Below are positions 52,661 through 63,697 of a stretch of 64,000 nucleotides of DNA, in pieces (position 1 is the first letter of the stretch; each line of letters opens with the position of its first letter). The notes under the pieces were generated by a model. The model saw only the letters and a program-made list of their open reading frames with translations. It had not been told where the DNA came from and ran no database searches. Both the position numbers and the translations under genes were made by a program. Origin of the DNA: Octopus sinensis (Eukaryota); contig NC_042998.1 of NCBI RefSeq assembly GCF_006345805.1, positions 86,180,001 to 86,244,000 of the forward strand, given 5' to 3'.

Positions 52661-55470
52661 TGTTATGGGGATAATAGTAATAATGGAACGCTCCTCCCAC
52701 GTGGTGAGTGGTATGTTACTGTTGTTACAAATGCAGTGACGTTGAGCAGTTATGATAGTCAATCATAGATAGTCATGTCTAACTTGTCTAACTAACTATA
52801 CTGCTAAACCAGAGAGGACATTATAACAGTCTAACATTGGATTACAACAGTGGCAACGAAGAATTAACAAACTCACAAGGAATTAACAAACTCATGAGGA
52901 ATTAACAAATTCACACGGAGTTAACAAACTCACAAGGATTAAACAAACTCACAAAAGTTTTTTGTGCAAATTTTATGGTATACAAATCGTAAAATTATAG
53001 AAGAATTGTTGGCTGGTTTGCTCAAGTTGCAAAAACAGTAACAACAACAATGATTACTATTACATCAACAAATGCTACAATTAATAAATAGCAAGTCATC
53101 CAAAATTGCTGTAAAGATGTTTTTGCCAGATTATGTTGCAAACTCATCAATGGAATTTAAGTATGAACCAGACAGAGTTACCTTAGAAGCAAACTATAGA
53201 AGATACAAACAGATCATCAATAAAGAGTGCAAAGATTGGGATGATGATATGAAAACACGTCTAATCCTATGAAAAGTGACAGCAGGAATGTTACAGCAAT
53301 TACATACTCCCCAAAAAAACCTTCTGACATAAATTTAAAAATACAACAGACATATGGTGTAAAATTTTTAATGAGAATCGTTGTTCAATACATGTTGGAA
53401 ATGTTTGAACCTAGAAAAGAACAACACGGAGGACTACACCACATATGCCGGCAGATTTAACAGAGAATGTGAAAAGTTCAAATCGGACGAGTTAATGCCT
53501 GATATGTTCTAGTGATGTGCTCATGTGCCTCATATGTTCGAGTGCTCAGGGACTAACTGCAGAAAATACGCAGAAGTAAGAACAAGAATTCTTACTAAGC
53601 TGGAACAAAACCAAGCTGAACTTTACAACAAATGTCAGGAGTAGGTGAAATAATAGTAAATTTAAGAAATGACACAGAGAAAATTGAACATAAAGGTTGC
53701 TTCCATGTGAAATAAGTGCAGAATAGCAGAATAGAACCCAAGTGTGTACTAAAATACAGTACAGACAGGACAAAAGTCAGGAAACAAACCCATGCTTTGC
53801 ATGTGGAGGCCTACACCCAAGAAAAAAACTGCCCATTTAAGAAAGTGGAATGTTTCCATTGTGGAAAATGTAAAAACCAAGAAGACAAAACGTTGGAACA
53901 AAGAAAAAACTATAAACAAGATGTCGTCAAAAGAAAATAGTTATATGACAAAAAGGAAATTCGTAAATATGAAAATTGAAAATATCAGAGTAAGGATGCA
54001 GTTAGATACTGGAAGTGGCATTACTATTGTGGGACCTTTTTGGTTTGAACGGCAGTTTTTTAAAATAATTTCCACGTAACTAAACACTTTTAAACTTCGT
54101 ATAATGGTAGAATGTGTTTATAAAACATCTTTTTCTCTTGGCTTTATTGAGAAAATTCTATAGTTTGTAAGATATTTGTTGTTTTTCTTCAATTTCTGCA
54201 ATTTCAACCAATCAATGACATCTATTCAGGTGAAAACATTCTGTCCCGTATGAATATGTCCCTTGTTTAAGAAATAGATTGGGTTTATTTACATTTCTGA
54301 AGAAAAAAAGATACCCTTCCCCCCAACCCTAACCCTAACCCTAACCCTAACTAATCCTAACTGACCCTAACTAAGCCTAACCCTAAAACAGATTGAAATG
54401 CAATAGATCGATACTAGGGTCATAATTATGGGTGACAATTTCATATGATACCGCTAGAAAAAACTGCCGTTCAAACCAAAAAGATCCTTATTGTGAATGA
54501 AGAATATTGGAAGTATACTGGTAAGTCAAAATTATGCAAATCTACAAAAGTAACATGATGTTATGGGTAAAAGATTATATTTTGTAAGTGAATTTGTGTG
54601 TAATGTGACATTTTGTGACCAAATGAAAATGACAAAAGTTGATCTACTTGACATAGAGTGGATAGGACTGTTCAAATTGTGGAATATGCCCATAAGTGTT
54701 TTGCGTGGGAATATAGCTGGTTCAGTTGAAGGTTCAAATGTGGCTGAGGGATTGAGATAAAACAAAAATCTTTATTTCCAGATGTTTTTTCAGATGACTT
54801 GGGCTGCTGCACAAAAATGAAGGCAAAAATTGTAATAAAACAAAGTGCAACACCTTTCTTTAAGCCAAAATGTAATGTACTGTTCACGGTGTTAGAACAG
54901 GTAAATAAGGGACTTGAAAGATTTGAAAGCCTAGGAATAACCAAGAAGACTCAGAAGTTAGACTTCTTGGGGGCATACTTACAAATCCAAGTAGAAGAAG
55001 AATTTTCACACTTATTAACCATTAATACACACCATGGCTTATTTAAATTTAAATAGCTTCCCTTCATTGTAAAAGTGGCCCCTTCTATATCTCAACAAGT
55101 AAAGGATACAATGCTGCTTGATAGTAATATTGCTATCGCCTACTTAGATAATATCCTAATAAAAAGTGAATTACTTGAACAACACATACAACACGTAAAG
55201 AGGATATTCGTAAAGATAAAGGAATGAGATTTTAAGTTAAGTGAAGATGTGCAAGTACTTTCTGAACGATAAATAAATACTTGTGCCAGATAATAGATAA
55301 AAATGGATGGAAACTGGCTCCATCTAGAGCATCTATGATAAAAAAGAATATGCCCACACCAAATCATGTGACTATGCTACAAGTATTTTTAAGTTTAGTA
55401 AATTACTACTAAATTCATATTCCCAATATACACAATGTAAAGGCTCTGTTCAAAGATTTGTCAAAGAAAA
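52661..55470 (+). mobile_element. Gypsy (Mag-like) LTR retrotransposon remnant: 5' LTR, PBS, gag, protease, partial RT
   Basis: TGTTA...ACAACA LTR (52661-52849), then PBS-like GTGGCAACGAA. gag FKYEPD...WDDDMKTRLIL, CFHCGK, protease LDTGS and RT AYLQI...TINTHHGLFK...AYLDNILIK. No matching 3' LTR found. Confidence 0.8.
54031..54488 (+). mobile_element. Monomeric GGG-terminal MITE with (CCCTAA)n; 6-bp TSD TATTGT
   Basis: TIRs of about 31 bp (GGGACCTTTTTGGTTTGAACGGCAGTTTTTT / AAAAAACTGCCGTTCAAACCAAAAAGATCCT). TATTGT at 54025-30 and 54489-94. Inserted just after the Gypsy LDTGS motif. Confidence 0.9.
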
Positions 55471-55747
55471 GGGCTCTGATGCCGCAGTCAATGCACATAA
55501 TTGCATACATACATACTGGCAGCAACCATAAACATTGACTGTAAGTATCAGAGCACTTTAGCTCTTATTTCTAGCACTGTAGGTGTTCTAACAGTCACTG
55601 TTATATCTAACTAGCAGTGTAACCCAGCCTTGCCCAGGATTAAGTTACGATTATTAAGCTAATCAAGTTCTTTATTTCAAACCAAACTAAGTAATATAGA
55701 CGTCAAATTTGGGCGAAATCTGTTGAAATTAGTTATATTATATATAT

Positions 55748-58034
55748 CATCATCATCATCATCATCATTTAGCGTCCGCTTTCCATGCTAGCATGGGTTG
55801 GACGGTTCAACTGGGGTCTGTGAAGCTGGAAGGCTTCGTCAGGCCCAGTCAGATCTGGCAGTGTTTCTACGGCTGGATGCCCTTCCTAACGCCAACCACT
55901 CCGTGAGTGTAGTGGGTGTTTTTTACGTGCCCCCTGCACAGGTGCCAGACAGAGCTGGCAAACGGCCACGAACGGATGGTGCTTTTACGTGTCACTGGCA
56001 CGGGGCCAGGCGATGCTGGCAACGGACATGAATGGATGGTGCTTTTACGTGCCACCGACACGGGGCCAGACAGAGCTGGCAAACGGCCACGAACAGACGG
56101 TGCTTTTACGTGTCACTGGCACGGGGGCCAGCCGAGGCTGGCAATGGACACGAACGGATGGTGCTTTTACGTGCCACCGACACGGGGCCAGACAGAGCTG
56201 GCAAACAGCCACGAACAGACGGTGCTTTTACGTGTCACCGGCACGGGGGGGCAGACGAGGCTGGCAGCGGACACGAACAGATGGTTCACTTAACCCCTGC
56301 TTTCTGATATATGATTTGATTTTGATTGTTCTCACTGGTCTTGCCGGGTCTTCTGATGCACAGCATACTTCCATAGGTCTCGGTCTCTGGTCATTTCCTT
56401 GGTGAGACCTAGAGTTCGAAGGTCATGCCTCACCACCTCGACCCAGGTTTTCCTGGGTCTACCTCTTCCACAGGTCCCCTCAACTGCCAGGGCGTGGCAC
56501 TATTTCACACACCTAACTTCATCCATTCTCACCACATGACCATACCAGCGCAATCGTCTCTCTTGCACACAACATCTGATGCCTCTTAGGTCCAACTTTT
56601 CTCTCAAGGTACTTACACTCTGTCGACTATGAACACTGACATTACACATCCAACGGAGCATACTAGCTTCATTTCTTGCGAGCTTACGCATGTCCTCAGC
56701 AGTCACAGCCCAAGTTTCACTACCATGTAGCATGGCTGTTCGTACACATGCATCATACAGTCTGCCTTTTACTCTGAGCGAGAGGCCTTTTGTCACCAGC
56801 AGGGGTAAGAGCTCTCTAAACTTTGCCCAGGCTATTCTTACTCTAGCAGTTACACTTTCAGCACACCCACCCCCGCTACTGACTTGGTCGCCTAGGTAGC
56901 GGAAGCTATCAACTACTTCTAGTTTTTCTCCCTGAAACGTGATAGAAGTTGGTCTCTGCATATTTTCAGAGTTTATTGCTCCTGAGCATCTGCCACAGAT
57001 AAAAACTATTTTCCTAGTTAGTCTTCCTTTGACATTGCTACATCTCTTATGTGTCCATAGCTTACATTTGGTGCATCTTATAGAGTTTCTACCTACGCCT
57101 TTTCTACAGATCGAGCAAGGCCATCTACCTGAAGGCGTTTGTGATTGGTTTACCTTCCTACTTATTAGGACTTTGGTTTTGGCTAGGTTGATTCTAAGGC
57201 CCTTCGATTCTAAACCTTGCTTCCACATCTGAAACTTCTCCTCCAGTTCTGATAGAGACTCAGCAATTAGAGCAAGGTCATCAGCATAGAGGAGCTCCCA
57301 GGAGCATCCAGTCTTGAATTCCTCCGTTATTGCCTGGAGGACTATGATAAATAGGAGGGGACTGAGGACTGAACCTTGGTGGACCCCAACCTCTACTCTG
57401 AATTCTTCACTGTACTCGGTGCCAACCCTCACCTTACTAGCAGCGTCTCTGTACATGGCTTGTACAGCTCTCACTAACCATTCATCTATCCCTAGTTTCC
57501 TCATTGACCACCAGATAAGGGATCGGGGGACCCTGTCAAAGGCTTTCTCCATATCGACAAAAGCCAGGTATAGGAGCTTGTCTTTGGCTAGGTATTTCTC
57601 CTGCAGCTGTCTTACCAGGAAAATAGCATCAGTAGTACTTTTCCCTGGCACGAACCCAAACTGCATCTGATCTAAGCTAACTCTCTCTCTAATTTGTTGG
57701 GCTATAACCCTCTCCATAACCTTCATTACCTAATCTAGCAGCTTGATACCCCTGTAGTTATTTGTATCTAGGGCGTCACCTTTACCTTTGTAGCAGTTGA
57801 CTATTATGCTGCTACACCAGTCATTGGGAATGACTCCTTCATGTATCACCTGGTTAACTATACGGGTGACTTGGCTATAGCCAGCACTACCAGATATTTT
57901 GAGCATCTCTGCAGTAATTCCTGATGGGCCTGGGGCTTTCCCTGTTTTCATGCTTGTAATTGCCTTATCTACTAAGGAACTGTCAACTCGGATTGCTGGT
58001 CCCTCTTTTGGGTCAACATTCGGCAGACTCTCTT
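55748..58034 (-). mobile_element. Young 5'-truncated RTE LINE
   Basis: (CAT)n tail at 55748, 3' UTR array, and RT open except for isolated stop codons. Possible TSD TATATTATATATA (55734-46 / 58037-49). Confidence 0.95.
56500..57726 (-). pseudogene. RTE ORF2 reverse transcriptase with embedded C4HC3 finger (408 aa open)
   Basis: YLAFVDMEKAFDRV, QGSVLSPLLF, LLYADDL, and CSIC-x10-CTKC-x4-H-x2-C-x14-CGRC. Confidence 0.9.
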
Positions 58035-59059
58035 TATATATTATATATAATATAATACAAATATATATGGGCAACAGACACAAACACACATACACACACA
58101 TACGTACATACACCTATTGCATGTTTTGTCCACGCATACATGTTCATAAACAGAAATGAATGGAAAAAATGTTGTTAAATTTGTAGATTAACACTCGCAC
58201 AATTTTCACTAAGAAAAAAAATCATTTTTTTTTTTGCGTGGAATCAACTACTCTGGCCTCAAAACCCTTTTTGTGGTCCGTGAAACGGAGTAGGGTGGGT
58301 GGAAGCGTCGCAAATTGTACCCATTTATATTGTGTAATTCACTGACAAATTGTTACTCACCTCTTTGTTTCTTTGTTGTTGAATAAATGGATTGTCAAAA
58401 AAACACTTTCTTACTCGCCGTAAAATAAAAACAAAACTCTTTCGCACCCAAAGCAATGTGTGTGAGAGAGAGAGGAGGGAGAAAGATGAACGATTTGAAA
58501 TAAATAAATGATTTTAAATAAATATATTGTAATTGTTGTGTGAGAAAGTATATATACTATGATTATAAGATATAGTGTGTCTTTCAAAAACAAAAAATCA
58601 AAACATTTTACATTTTATTTTTATGAACGTAGTCACTTACTCTCTCTCTCCCTCCCCCTCTCACTTCGTCTTTCCCATGAAACTCTCTGCCTCCTTCTTC
58701 CACTTTTCTTTATCTTATTTTTTTTGTTAGACGCCATCAAAAAAGCTATGGCTGATATTTATTATGGCTAAAAGTTATGGTTGAAAATAGATTTTTACCC
58801 TATCTGTGGGTGCCTCGGGAAAAAATAAGTTGACAAAACCCAGATAGGATGTTGACGAATGTCCTCCTAAAATTTGAGCGACATTTGTGCTAATTTGTGG
58901 ACGTGCATAAATTACAATCACGTACACACACACACACACACACACATGCACACATCATGCCTTTTATAGGTATGATGACAATTATAACTTTCTTTTTTGG
59001 TCACATATTGCTAAACTGCTGCCTAATTTAATTACACACACACACAAACACACACATGT

Positions 59060-59222
59060 ATATATATATGATGGGCCTCTTTCATTTTCCATCTACCAAA
59101 TCCACTCACAAGGCTTTGGTTGACTTGAGACTATAGTAGAAGACACTTGCCTGAGGTGATATGCAGTGGGATTGAACCCAGAACCATGTGGTTGTGAAGC
59201 AAGCTTCTTACCACACAACCAC
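59060..59222 (-). mobile_element. tRNA-SINE 5' half (same family as 1-310)
   Basis: CTACCAAATCCACTCACAAGG...GAAGACACTTGCC...CTTACCACACAACCACT. Confidence 0.8.
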
Positions 59223-59699
59223 TATATAAGCTTTGACAAAAAATATTTTTTCACAAGGTGAATTCTAGTAAAAGATATTAAAAGAAGTAAAACGCACAGA
59301 AACTTTATTTTATACAATATATATTTATGAACAAAATATTTACATAGTTGGCAAAACGGACCAATAGAATATGTACCAGGTTTAAATAAAAGAAAAGTAT
59401 GTACTAGGGTCAATTCCTTCGACAGTTCTACAAGGTGATGCCTCAGTATGACCACAGTCTGATGATTGAAACAAGTAAGAGATAGAAAAAAAGATAGATG
59501 ACTAATCACAACTAAGAAATTAGTGATAATGTTACCATTTCATGCCATCACAAGAAGCTTCCTTTCTATGCTTGTAAATGAATCAGGCGGCAAATAGATT
59601 TTAGGGGAGGTAATTAATGATTGTTATCATTTGAAGCTGGGGAGTTAATTACCCCACTTTGTTTTCTAATGGTGAATTGATTATATTTGGATTGAAACG

Positions 59700-59912
59700 A
59701 TACAATATATGTATGTATGTGTGTGTTTGTGTGTCTGTGCTTGTCTCCCCACCATCACTTGACAACCGCAACTTAGCGGTTCAGCAGAAGAGGCTGATAG
59801 AATAAGTACTAGGCTTGCAAAGAATATGTCCTGGGATTGATTTATTTGACTAAAGATGGTGCTCCAACATGGCCAAAGTCAAATGACTGAAACAAGTAAA
59901 GGAATAAAAGAA
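59700..59912 (+). mobile_element. SINE 3' half with GAATAAAA tail (similar piece at 59345-59490)
   Basis: GATAGAATAAGTACTAGG...AAATGACTGAAACAAGTAAAGGAATAAAAGAATA. Confidence 0.75.
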
Positions 59913-59919
59913 TACAGTT

Positions 59920-60091
59920 ATATATTTAAGAGATGAGGAATTATGTACCTTATTTACATTTGACAGATATTTGTCCACATCTTCTTTGTTGTTAACACAA
60001 TGTTTTGGCTGACATACCCTTCAGCACTCATCAGGTGTCTTGGGGAAATTTCAAACCTGGGTTTTCATTCCTAAGGTATTTTCGATGTTAA

Positions 60092-60126
<35 letters not shown>

Positions 60127-60257
60127 TCACTGCCTGGAATTGAACTCGGAATCTTGGGGTTAGTAGCCCATGCTCTTAACCACTATGGGCATATGGTGTA
60201 GTAGTTAAGAACGCTGGCTACTAACCCCAAGAATCCGAGTTCAATTCCAGGCAGTGA

Positions 60258-60310
<53 letters not shown>

Positions 60311-60465
60311 TTAACATCGAAAAATACCTTAGGAATGAGAACCTAGGTTTGAAATTTCCCCAAGACGCCTGATGAAGGCTGGAGGGTATATTAGCCAAAT
60401 CGTTGTGTTAACAAACAAGATGAGGACAAATATCCGTCAAATGTAAATAATGTAAATAATGTAAG
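59920..60465. mobile_element. Head-to-head pair of a tRNA-headed element with (AAT)n and a hammerhead-like motif
   Basis: Arms of about 270 bp inverted around about 60187-60195. Each arm has an A/B-box head, (AAT)n and GACRC-CTGATGA-stem II-[G>A]AAA-CRTT-GTGTT. Confidence 0.85.
60364..60409 (+). ncRNA. Decayed minimal type I hammerhead ribozyme motif (mirror copy at 59995-60039, minus strand)
   Basis: GACGC CTGATGA A GGCTG GAGGGTATAT TAGCC AAAT CG TT GTGTT. The GAAA core is mutated in both arms, so these copies are probably inactive. Confidence 0.6.
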
Positions 60466-60982
60466 AATAAAAGAGTATAAATAGATCTATACAGAATGAT
60501 CTATATCTACATGTCAGTTCACTAACTGAATGACCGGTGAATTCTTGAAGGTCTGCCAAGGACAATGGCAAAGGTGACCAAGCATGAAGAATAAATTAAC
60601 AGTACAAAGAAATCGAATGGCAACCCCTTTAATATGAACCTCAATAGCTACCATTCCACTCCATCCATACATTTAAAGCAGTTTATCAACAGACTTTCAG
60701 CTACTATGCGTTTTGATACACTGAGTGGCTACAACTATCTCGTAAGCCATAACTGATAAAAAAGATGCACTCGAAGCTAAGAATTTGGGTTCATGGAAGG
60801 AATATTTATATATCACCTGAGGAAGCACAACTAGATCTCGTAATGCAGGGAAATAGCTACATAATCAAACACCTGCAAACCTGGAGAACTACATAGCATG
60901 AAAACAATTGTAGTGATTACAAATAAATGTTCCTCTATACTCCTTTTTGTTGACTCTAACTTATTCAATTATATATATATAA

Positions 60983-61022
<40 letters not shown>

Positions 61023-61024
<2 letters not shown>

Positions 61025-62690
61025 CACTACTAAAGACAGTTCATGGATTTACCAAAGAAATAGATATGAAATTTGGATTAGAAAAATGCACCAAAGTAAC
61101 CCTGAAAAGAGGGAAACTAGTTAAGAGTAGCAACATCACACTAGATAAAGCCAATGAAATAAGAAAATTAGAACAAAGTCAAACTTAAAAATATTTAGGA
61201 ATCCATGAGCTAGATAAGACACAACACACTCAAATGAAAGAGAAAATAAAGAAAGAATACAATAGACGAGCTAGATCAATACTAAAAACAGAGCTCAATG
61301 CTAAAAACAAGATAATAGGTATTAACACTTTAGCCGTCCCAGTTATAAGTTACAGCTACAATATTCTTAACTGGACTCTAAATGAACTAACCAAAATAGA
61401 TAGGAAAACAAGAAAAATAATGACAGGATCTAGGATGCATCACACAAAATCTGACATAGAAAGGCTATATATACGACGTATAGAAGGTGGTAGAAGCCTT
61501 ATAAAGCTGGAAAACTATTATAAAATAACCACCATAGGACTGCAAAAATACCTACTTCAGAAGCAAGGAAAACTGATACAAATAGTGGCAAAACATGAGC
61601 AAAACAAAAAACTGTTCTCAGTATTTAAGGAAGCTGACAAGTACAAACAAGAAATCATACCACCAAACAAACATGATGAAGAAGAAGAAGAAGAAGAAGA
61701 AGAAGAAGAAGAAGAAGAAGAAGAAGAAGAAGAAGAAGAAGAAGAAGAAGAAGAAGACGACGACACAACAAAAGTTATAAAACAAATGAAATCCAAACTA
61801 AAACTAGAACAGAAACGGACCAAGATAAAACAATGGCAAGAAAAGCCCCTTCATGGCAAATACTGGACTAAACTAAATGCAAAAGAAATAGACAAAGAAA
61901 AATCCCAGCAATGGTTGAGAAGCTCAGGACTCAAAGCAGAGACAGAGGGATTTTTAATTGCAGCACAAGACCAAAGCCTCCCCACCAGAAATTACCAAAA
62001 ACATATAATGAAAAGAAATATAACAAGTAACTGCAGAGTATGTGGAGATGGACAAGAAACAATAAATCATATTATCTCTGGCTACCCAGTCCTGGCTAAG
62101 AAGGAATATATTCACAGACATGACAGAGTTGGGACCTACATACACTGGAAGCTATGCCAACATTATGGAATAACAACAGAAAAAAGATGGTATAGGCACA
62201 CACCAGAAAAGGTCACAGAAAACGAGAAAGCAACCATACTCTGGGATATGCCAATACACACAGATAGAGAAATTAAGGCCAACAGACCAGATATAGTTGT
62301 CAGAGATCATGAAAAAAAATACTTTCTAATTGATGTATTAATACCAGCAGATGACGTGTCTCTAAAAGAAATGGAGAAACTTTCAAAATACAAAGACCTG
62401 GACATAGAGGTAACTATAATGTGGAATCTGAAAACAGAAACAATTCCTATCAAAGTAGATGCATTAGGCATGATAAAAAAATGTTAAGACAAATACATAA
62501 CAAAAACACCAGGACTTACAAACACATATAACATACAGAAAATTGCACTATTAGGCACTGCACACATCCTACGCAGAACACTTTCAATACAGTAACCATC
62601 AGAGCATCACAACAAATCACAGCACATACCCAAGGCACACAGAGCTGTGCTTGGTAGTGAAGTGAAAGCACGCTATAAAAATAAAACTAC
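61023..62690 (+). mobile_element. 5'-truncated Dong/R4 LINE inserted in (TAA)n
   Basis: ORF 61234..62487 (417 aa): RLYIRRIEGGR, CRVC...H, ILWDMPIHTDREIKANRPDIVV...ID...P. (TAA)n at 60985-61022 and 62691-62732. Confidence 0.95.
61678..61755 (+). repeat. (GAA)26 in frame inside the Dong ORF
   Basis: Directly visible; encodes a poly-Glu run. Confidence 0.95.
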
Positions 62691-62692
62691 TA

Positions 62693-62736
<44 letters not shown>

Positions 62737-62994
62737 GTGACAACAAAAGAATGAGACCTTGATATTTGATAAATAGAGGATTATTTAATGACAACTTACT
62801 GTTTGTTCTTAATTATAATATATGTGTGTGTGTGTGTATAATATATATATATATATATATATTCAGATAAGGAAATAATAATAATAAAAAGTGACAACAA
62901 AAGAATGAGACCTCGATATTAGATAAATAGAGGCTTGTTTTATGACAACTTACTGTTTGTTCTAAATTATAACATATACAGTATATATATATAT

Positions 62995-63690
62995 ATAAAG
63001 AAACAAGAAAAGCACTCAGAGAGCACAGATCTCTGCCAAGCAACTCATTTCCACCCATATAGACGCATGCTGAAAATCGCCCAATTTTCCAAACCAACGC
63101 CGACAAAAACATAGCCTCCTTGGTGGGGTTAAAAAAAAAAAATAACACACCCATATAATTTTTTAAAAAACCTTTAAAAACGAGAATCATCTGAAGCAGT
63201 CATAATACAGCAATGACAACAGCAAGCTCACAGCGGTGGTGGAGGGAGCAAAGCCTGAGCTTTTTGATTTGATCGCAATAGTTAAGGCTTGTCATGTCAT
63301 CCTCCGCAGACCTCCACCAAGCAGCTCATTTTAAGATAGATACGCAAGTAAAATTACTAATAGAGAAACAAAATAAACTTTGGAAACAGCAACGCCACCA
63401 TAGGTTATGTGGAAACGATGAACGTGTTTTCAATGGAGATAATCAAAGAATGTAACATTGTAATACTTCATGTAAAGTAAATATAACAAATGAAAAATCC
63501 TTCCCATATCACTACCAAAGTTTCATCATCTGTTCATTGTGTCATTACCAACTTTTTCTGCAAGTTTCATCAAATACTGTTCACAACTTTTTGAGTTATT
63601 TTGCACACACACAGACAGACAGAGGGACAGACAGACAAACCAACACTAATGAAAACATAACCTCCTTCCTTGGCGGAGATAATAATCTTA
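62995..63690 (+). mobile_element. Two Helentron-associated (HINE-like) non-autonomous elements
   Basis: 5' subterminal GAYCTCYRCCAAG at about 63028 and 63309. 3' AAAACATARCCTCC...TTGGYGG ends at about 63105-63130 and 63652-63682. (CAGA)n tract. Confidence 0.55.
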
Positions 63691-63697
63691 TTCTCAA

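Larger units (their letters stand above)
55608..58976 (+). mobile_element. Helitron/Helentron-type non-autonomous (DINE-1-like) element interrupted by an RTE
   Basis: 5' ACTAGCAG...ACCCAGCCTTGCCCAGG. 3' AAATTTGAGC...(CA)n...TTTTATAGGTATGAT, the typical DINE-1-like end layout. Confidence 0.5.

Noticed and set aside
55900-56300. Regularly spaced repeats resembling a CRISPR array (also 31190-31500)
   Set aside because: The intervening sequences are homologous to each other rather than unique spacers, the array lies in an RTE 3' UTR, the DNA is eukaryotic and there are no cas genes.
60187-60260. Functional tRNA gene (also 63866-63938)
   Set aside because: Acceptor and anticodon stems pair poorly, there is no poly-T terminator, and each is embedded in a repeat. 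Treated as SINE heads.
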